From Alphaproteobacteria bacterium (GTDB lineage: Bacteria; Pseudomonadota; Alphaproteobacteria; UBA828): 64,000 nt of DNA. This document shows positions 59,265 to 64,000 of this stretch, one piece after another (position 1 is the first letter of the stretch; the number at the start of each line of letters is the position of its first letter). The notes below the pieces were generated by a model. That model searched no databases, was not told where the DNA came from, and saw only the letters and a list, made by a program, of their open reading frames with translations. The translations under genes and the position numbers were made by a program. Location: NCBI GenBank assembly GCA_009691045.1, contig SHWC01000004.1, positions 8,518 through 72,517 on the forward strand. The letters run 5' to 3'.

Positions 59265-59570
59265 CTACCAGCTCGACTTGACCGCGCCGGGAAGCAGGCC
59301 ATTCGAGGCCAACTCGCGAAGCGCGATACGCGACAGATTGAATTTGCGGTAATAGGCCCGCGGACGACCGGTCAGGCCGCACCGATTGCGGTAGCGCACC
59401 GGCGAGCTATTGCGCGGCAACTCCGAAAGCTTGAGCTGCGCGGCAAAGCGCTCCTCGGGCGGCAATACGCGATTTCTGATCACCTTGCGCAATTCCTTGC
59501 GCTTGGCGGCGAACTTAATCGCCAGTCGGCGTCGCCGCGCATTGTTTTCGATCGCACTCTTTTTCGCCAT
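59265..59570 (-). CDS. rpsN: 30S ribosomal protein S14 (long, non-zinc type)
   Basis: 101 aa, starting [10 protein letters not shown] and ending AVKSSW. Confidence 0.96.
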   Translation of the reverse strand: MAKKSAIENNARRRRLAIKFAAKRKELRKVIRNRVLPPEERFAAQLKLSELPRNSSPVRYRNRCGLTGRPRAYYRKFNLSRIALRELASNGLLPGAVKSSW

Positions 59571-59612
59571 CGCCTCAGTCCTTCGGTTTGGGCGTTACGC
59601 CCAATGCCATGC

Positions 59613-60170
59613 TCAATTGACAAACGGTAGTTGGAAACCGGCCAACAACGCCTTGGCCTCCGCATCGCTCTTGGCGGACGTGCAGATGATGATGTCCATG
59701 CCACGAACTTTGTCGATCTTGTCGTACTCGATTTCCGGAAAAACAATCTGCTCGCGTATGCCGAGCGCGTAATTGCCACGCCCGTCAAACGCCTTGCCCG
59801 ACAGGCCGCGAAAATCGCGCACCCGAGGCAGCGCGATGTTCACCAACCGATCGAGAAACTCGTACATGCGCTCGCGCCTGAGCGTCACCTTACAGCCGAT
59901 CGGCATGCCCTCGCGCAGCTTGTAATTGGCGATCGAGGTCCGCGCCCGCGTGATAATCGGCTTCTGGCCGGTGATCCGCGCCAAATCGGCCGCCGCGGTA
60001 TCGACCTTCTTCTTATCCATCGCCGCGTCGCCAACGCCCATATTGACCACGATCTTCTGCAGGCGCGGTGCCTGCATCGCGTTCTCATAGCCGAACTGCT
60101 TGATCAGCTGAACTCGCAATTCGGTTTCATAAAATTCGTGCAACCGCGCACGTACGCGCTTCTCAGACAT
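59613..60170 (-). CDS. rplE: 50S ribosomal protein L5
   Basis: 185 aa. It has IVVNMGVG and FRGL motifs. Confidence 0.97.
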   Translation of the reverse strand: MSEKRVRARLHEFYETELRVQLIKQFGYENAMQAPRLQKIVVNMGVGDAAMDKKKVDTAAADLARITGQKPIITRARTSIANYKLREGMPIGCKVTLRRERMYEFLDRLVNIALPRVRDFRGLSGKAFDGRGNYALGIREQIVFPEIEYDKIDKVRGMDIIICTSAKSDAEAKALLAGFQLPFVN

Positions 60171-60486
60171 CGATAACCTCGCCCGAACGCTTGGCGACCC
60201 GCACCTTGCGCCCGTCCGTCAGAATCTTGAAACCAACCCGGGTCGGGCGGCTCGTCTTGGGGTCGACCAACGCCACGTTCGACACGTGGATCGGCGCCTC
60301 TTTCTCCTTGATGCCGCCCTGCGGGTCGGCCTGGCTCGGCTTGGTATGGCGCTTGACGATATTGACGCCCTGCACAAGCACGCGGTTCTTCTCCGGCATC
60401 GCGCGCAGAACCTTGCCCTGCTTGCCGCGATCGCGCCCGGTGACGACGATAACTTCGTCGTCCTTCTTGATTTTCAACTTTGCCAT
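60163..60486 (-). CDS. rplX: 50S ribosomal protein L24
   Basis: 107 aa. It has the KOW motif [20 protein letters not shown]. Confidence 0.97.
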   Translation of the reverse strand: MAKLKIKKDDEVIVVTGRDRGKQGKVLRAMPEKNRVLVQGVNIVKRHTKPSQADPQGGIKEKEAPIHVSNVALVDPKTSRPTRVGFKILTDGRKVRVAKRSGEVIDV

Positions 60487-60513
60487 CCGGCCGTCCTCCT
60501 TCGCCCCGCCGCC

Positions 60514-60882
60514 CTATAGAACTTCGGGCGCCAGCGAAATGATCTTCATGTACTGCTTGGCGCGCAGCTCGCGCGTCACCGGGCCGAAAATGCGCGTGCC
60601 GATCGGCTCGCCCTGCGGATTGATTAAAACCGCCGCATTGCGATCGAACCGGATCGACGTGCCATCAGCCCGACGGATTTCCTTCGCCGTCCGCACGATG
60701 ACCGCCTTATGCACTTCGCCCTTCTTCACTTTGCCGCGCGGGATCGCGTCCTTGATCGAGACCACGATCACATCCCCAATCGTCGCGGTGCGTCGGCGGG
60801 AGCCGCCGAGTACCTTGATACATTCAACCCGGCGCGCGCCGGAATTATCGGCGACGTCGAGATGGGTTTGAACTTGAATCAT
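60514..60882 (-). CDS. rplN: 50S ribosomal protein L14
   Basis: 122 aa, starting [17 protein letters not shown]. Confidence 0.98.
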   Translation of the reverse strand: MIQVQTHLDVADNSGARRVECIKVLGGSRRRTATIGDVIVVSIKDAIPRGKVKKGEVHKAVIVRTAKEIRRADGTSIRFDRNAAVLINPQGEPIGTRIFGPVTRELRAKQYMKIISLAPEVL

Positions 60883-60907
60883 TGGTCACGCACTCCCAAA
60901 CAACTGA

Positions 60908-61192
60908 CTAGATCTGGTCTTCGGTACCAGCATCGATAAAGGCCGCGAGGCCTTTACCTGGCTCTCCGCCGACCACGGTCCAGCGCTTCAGCTTCGAAAT
61001 CGGGCGGCATTCCTGAATGCGCACGATATCGCCAACCTTGAAGCGGTTATCCGCGTCATGCGCGGCATATTTCTTCGAGCGGCGCACCACCTTCTTATAG
61101 ATTGGGTGCAGCACGCGGCGTTCGACGCTAACGACAACGGTCTTATTGCCTTTGTCGCTGACCACGAGGCCCTGGAGAATTCGGCGAGGCAT
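60908..61192 (-). CDS. rpsQ: 30S ribosomal protein S17
   Basis: The ATG at 61192 gives 94 aa starting [21 protein letters not shown]. Confidence 0.95.
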   Translation of the reverse strand: MPRRILQGLVVSDKGNKTVVVSVERRVLHPIYKKVVRRSKKYAAHDADNRFKVGDIVRIQECRPISKLKRWTVVGGEPGKGLAAFIDAGTEDQI

Positions 61193-61196
61193 CAGG

Positions 61197-61421
61197 TCAT
61201 CCCTTCTTTCGCTTCGCGGCCGGCTTGGCGTCACTTGACGCCCGCTCCGCCAATACTGTTTTGATCCGCGCGATATCGCGCCGGACGGTCCGCACTTGCG
61301 CGGTGTTCTCGAGCTGGCCGCCGGCCCGCTGGAAGCGCAAATTGAACGCCTCTTTGCGCCGATCGCGCAGCGCGTCCTTTAGCTCGTCGGGGCTTTTGCC
61401 GCGCATATCTTCGGGCGTCAT
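61197..61421 (-). CDS. rpmC: 50S ribosomal protein L29
   Basis: 74 aa. It has LRGKS..EL...L..EAFNLRFQ. Confidence 0.95.
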   Translation of the reverse strand: MTPEDMRGKSPDELKDALRDRRKEAFNLRFQRAGGQLENTAQVRTVRRDIARIKTVLAERASSDAKPAAKRKKG

Positions 61422-61424
61422 GGC

Positions 61425-61844
61425 CTAGGCTCCCTCGCCGATACGGCTAATGATCTTGGTGCGAACGCTCAGCTTCGCGGCGGCGAGACGGAACGCTTCC
61501 TCGGCAGTCGCGCGGTCCACGCCATCGACCTCAAACATGATCCGGCCCGGCTTGACCCGGCAGATCCAATATTCGGGCGTGCCCTTGCCGCTACCCATGC
61601 GCACTTCGGCCGGCTTGGTCGAAACCGGCACATCCGGGAACACCCGGATCCACACGCGCCCCGCGCGCTTCATATGGCGCGTAATGGCACGCCGGCCTGC
61701 CTCGATCTCCCGCGCCGTGATCCGGCCCGGATCAATCGTCTTCAACCCGAACGAGCCGAAATTGAGCGTGGTTCCGCCCTTGGCATTGCCGTGAATCCGG
61801 CCCTTGAACGCCTTACGGAATTTGGTGCGCTTTGGCTGCATCAT
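61425..61844 (-). CDS. rplP: 50S ribosomal protein L16
   Basis: 139 aa, starting [16 protein letters not shown]. Confidence 0.97.
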   Translation of the reverse strand: MMQPKRTKFRKAFKGRIHGNAKGGTTLNFGSFGLKTIDPGRITAREIEAGRRAITRHMKRAGRVWIRVFPDVPVSTKPAEVRMGSGKGTPEYWICRVKPGRIMFEVDGVDRATAEEAFRLAAAKLSVRTKIISRIGEGA

Positions 61845-61856
61845 GGCCCTAGGTCC

Positions 61857-62534
61857 TCAACGCGCCGGCTGCTGTTCGAGGGCGCGCTTGTCCTGCGCCA
61901 TCGGGTCATGCGCCAGAATTTCGCCCTTGAACACCCATACCTTGACGCCGCACGTGCCAAACGCCGTACGCGCCGTGGCCCGCCCGAAATCGATATCGGC
62001 TCTGAGCGTGTGAAGCGGCACGCGGCCTTCGCGATACCATTCCATGCGCGCGATTTCAGCGCCGCCAAGACGACCGCTACAATTGATCCGAATGCCCTGC
62101 GCGCCAAGCCGCATAGCCGATTGCACCGCGCGCTTCATCGCGCGGCGGAAGGCCACGCGGCGCACGAGCTGCTCGGCGATGCTCTCAGCCACCAATTTGG
62201 CCTCAAGCTCGGGCTTTCTGATTTCAACGATGTTCAAATGCGCTTCGCTATTCGTGATCTTGGACAAATCCTGGCGCAGCTTCTCGATATCCGCGCCCTT
62301 CTTGCCGATAACAACACCCGGACGCGCCGTGTGAATGGTAATGCGCGCCTTCTTCGCCGGCCGCTCGATGACCAAACGCCCTACGCCCGCCTTAGCCAGC
62401 CGATCCATCAGATATTCGCGGATCTTCAGGTCTTCATGCAGCAACTTCGCGTAGCTCGCATCGGCAAACCAACGTGAATCCCACGTTCGGTTGATGCCGA
62501 GTCGAAGACCGATCGGGTTTACCTTCTGGCCCAT
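61857..62534 (-). CDS. rpsC: 30S ribosomal protein S3
   Basis: The ATG at 62534 gives [13 protein letters not shown]. It overlaps the rplV stop as TGATG. Confidence 0.96.
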   Translation of the reverse strand: MGQKVNPIGLRLGINRTWDSRWFADASYAKLLHEDLKIREYLMDRLAKAGVGRLVIERPAKKARITIHTARPGVVIGKKGADIEKLRQDLSKITNSEAHLNIVEIRKPELEAKLVAESIAEQLVRRVAFRRAMKRAVQSAMRLGAQGIRINCSGRLGGAEIARMEWYREGRVPLHTLRADIDFGRATARTAFGTCGVKVWVFKGEILAHDPMAQDKRALEQQPAR

Positions 62535-62914
62535 CAGGCCTTCTCCTCGTTTTCGCGAACCACAATCGTGATGTGGCTGAATGCTTTCGCTATTTTGCCT
62601 GAGCGGCCACGGGCCGCCGGCATCCACCGCCGCATGACCAGGCCTTTGCCGACACTGGCCTCAGAAACGATCAGCCGATCGACATCGAGTTCATGATTGT
62701 TTTCGGCATTGGCGATCGCCGCCTGTAGGCATTTGCGCACATCGCCCGCGATCCGCCGTTTGGAGAACCGCAGCGCCGAGAGCGCATCGCCCGCCTTCAT
62801 GCCGCGGATCGATTGCGCGACCAAATTGAGCTTGCGCGGGCTGGTGCGCAAATTACGCGCGATCGCGCGTGCTTCGCTATCAGCCAGGGTACGAGGGTGA
62901 GCCGGTTTCGACAT
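62534..62914 (-). CDS. rplV: 50S ribosomal protein L22
   Basis: 126 aa. It has [16 protein letters not shown]. Confidence 0.96.
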   Translation of the reverse strand: MSKPAHPRTLADSEARAIARNLRTSPRKLNLVAQSIRGMKAGDALSALRFSKRRIAGDVRKCLQAAIANAENNHELDVDRLIVSEASVGKGLVMRRWMPAARGRSGKIAKAFSHITIVVRENEEKA

Positions 62915-62917
62915 CGC

Positions 62918-63196
62918 CTAAGCCTTCTTCACCTTCTTGTCACCCGAATGTCCATGGAACGTACGGGTCGGCGAGAATTCGCCAAGCTTGTGGCCGATCA
63001 TGTTTTCATTGACCAGCACGGGGATGAACTTCTTGCCGTTATAGACGCCAAAGGTCAGGCCCACGAATTGCGGCATGATCGTCGAACGCCGCGACCAGGT
63101 CTTGATCACGTCGCGCCGACCCGACGAGCGAGCCTGCTCGGCTTTCCGAAGCAGATAGCCGTCGACGAACGGACCCTTCCAAACAGAACGCGCCAT
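62918..63196 (-). CDS. rpsS: 30S ribosomal protein S19
   Basis: 92 aa, starting [12 protein letters not shown]. Confidence 0.97.
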   Translation of the reverse strand: MARSVWKGPFVDGYLLRKAEQARSSGRRDVIKTWSRRSTIMPQFVGLTFGVYNGKKFIPVLVNENMIGHKLGEFSPTRTFHGHSGDKKVKKA

Positions 63197-63216
63197 AATT
63201 TGCTCCGCCCGCTGCC

Positions 63217-64000
63217 CTATTTGCTACGCCGACGAATGATCATCTTGTCGGTGCGCTTGTTGTTCCGCGTCTTGGCGCCCTTGGTCGGCTTGCCCCACGG
63301 CGTCACCGGATGCCGGCCGCCCGAGGTCTTGCCTTCACCGCCGCCATGCGGGTGATCGACCGGGTTCATCGCAACACCGCGTACGGTCGGGCGCCAACCC
63401 TTCCAACGATTGCGCCCAGCCTTGCCGATGTTTTCGTTCTGGTGATCGGGGTTTGAGACCGCGCCGATCGTCGCCATGCAATCGGCACGCACCATGCGTT
63501 GTTCGCCCGAGGTAAGCCGAAGCAAGGCATAGCCCTGATCTTTGCCAACCAATTGGACAAACGCGCCGGCGGCACGCGCGAGCTGCCCACCACGGCCCGG
63601 CTTCATCTCGACATTGTGGATGATGGTCCCGACCGGAATGTTCTGCATCGGCAACGCATTGCCGGGCTTGATGTCGACTTGCTTGCCCGACACCACTTCA
63701 TCGCCAACCGCCAAACGCTGCGGCGCCAAAATATAGGCGAGCTCGCCATCCCTATAGCGCAGCAACGCAATAAAGGCCGAACGATTGGGATCGTATTCGA
63801 GCCGCTCAACAGTGGCCGGCATATCGAATTTACGCCGCTTGAAATCTATCGTGCGGTAACGCTGCTTGTGCCCGCCGCCGCGCTGCCATGACGTGATATG
63901 GCCATGATTATTGCGCCCGCCGGTCTTGCGCAACCCTTCGGTCAAATCTTTGACCGGACGCCCTTTCCAGAGCTCCGAGCGATCGACCAATACCAGCTGA
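63217..64000 (-). CDS. rplB: 50S ribosomal protein L2 (N-terminus lies beyond the right edge of the window)
   Basis: The frame stays open to position 64000 (..[15 protein letters not shown]..). It has [10 protein letters not shown] and [13 protein letters not shown] motifs. Confidence 0.96.
   Translation of the reverse strand, partial: QLVLVDRSELWKGRPVKDLTEGLRKTGGRNNHGHITSWQRGGGHKQRYRTIDFKRRKFDMPATVERLEYDPNRSAFIALLRYRDGELAYILAPQRLAVGDEVVSGKQVDIKPGNALPMQNIPVGTIIHNVEMKPGRGGQLARAAGAFVQLVGKDQGYALLRLTSGEQRMVRADCMATIGAVSNPDHQNENIGKAGRNRWKGWRPTVRGVAMNPVDHPHGGGEGKTSGGRHPVTPWGKPTKGAKTRNNKRTDKMIIRRRSK

Noticed and set aside
1-64000. Searched by eye for mobile elements, CRISPR repeats, integron attC sites, toxin-antitoxin pairs, retron or DGR signatures and known defence-system domains
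   Set aside because: I found none. The only repeats are the palindromic intergenic elements and the short tandem repeats listed above.

Overview
This is a GC-rich bacterial chromosomal segment (roughly low 60s % G+C by eye, not computed) with alphaproteobacterial gene order. A Hyphomicrobiales/Rhizobiales-like origin is an inference. It rests on synteny (sdhE-mfd next to recG; rarA-crcB-rlu-HAD-AsmA-ATP12; adk after secY with no infA/rpmJ) and on Bradyrhizobium-type ATGGCC(C)GG palindromic intergenic repeats.

I can support 71 protein-coding genes, 65 of them on the minus strand. From left to right:
- dxr-hpnC-hpnD (isoprenoid/hopanoid).
- mfd, sdhE and recG.
- A group of poorly characterised envelope genes: DUF502, an ICMT-like methyltransferase, a lipoprotein, a GGCT-like protein and a SPOR-domain DD-carboxypeptidase.
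- An amidase, then the nucleotide-sugar genes PMM/PGM, ugd and galU.
- A membrane J-domain protein, a VWA protein and a small unknown protein.
- A nucleoside hydrolase with a DUF2182/DUF1326 pair, then DUF1489.
- Scattered branched-chain acyl-CoA catabolism: mccB-liuC; ivd, an unknown gene, thiolase, DUF1989 and an ACAD; pccB-pccA.
- mgtE, maeB, lipB, an orphan histidine kinase with a coupled periplasmic partner, and acyP.
- A tightly overlapped housekeeping operon, rarA to ATP12.
- The alpha, spc and distal S10 ribosomal operons (rplQ back to a 5'-truncated rplB at the window end).

I saw no rRNA, tRNA, CRISPR array, transposase, integrase or phage genes. This is essentially core-genome DNA, and I do not see a convincing novel multi-gene system. 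The best leads, all modest, are:
- An unrecognisable ~310-aa gene with locally atypical codon usage wedged between ivd and the thiolase gene.
- The J-domain/VWA/small-protein trio.
- The histidine kinase with a TAATG-coupled periplasmic partner and no response regulator.
- dxr translationally coupled to hpnCD.
- Two different palindromic repeat elements flanking pccA. One forms a terminator-like hairpin that also sequesters the acyP ribosome-binding site.
- A 12-bp tandem triplication that contains the rplQ stop codon.

The supplied ORF track starts each ORF at the most upstream possible start codon, including GTG and TTG. Several starts below are therefore trimmed by hand and remain approximate.
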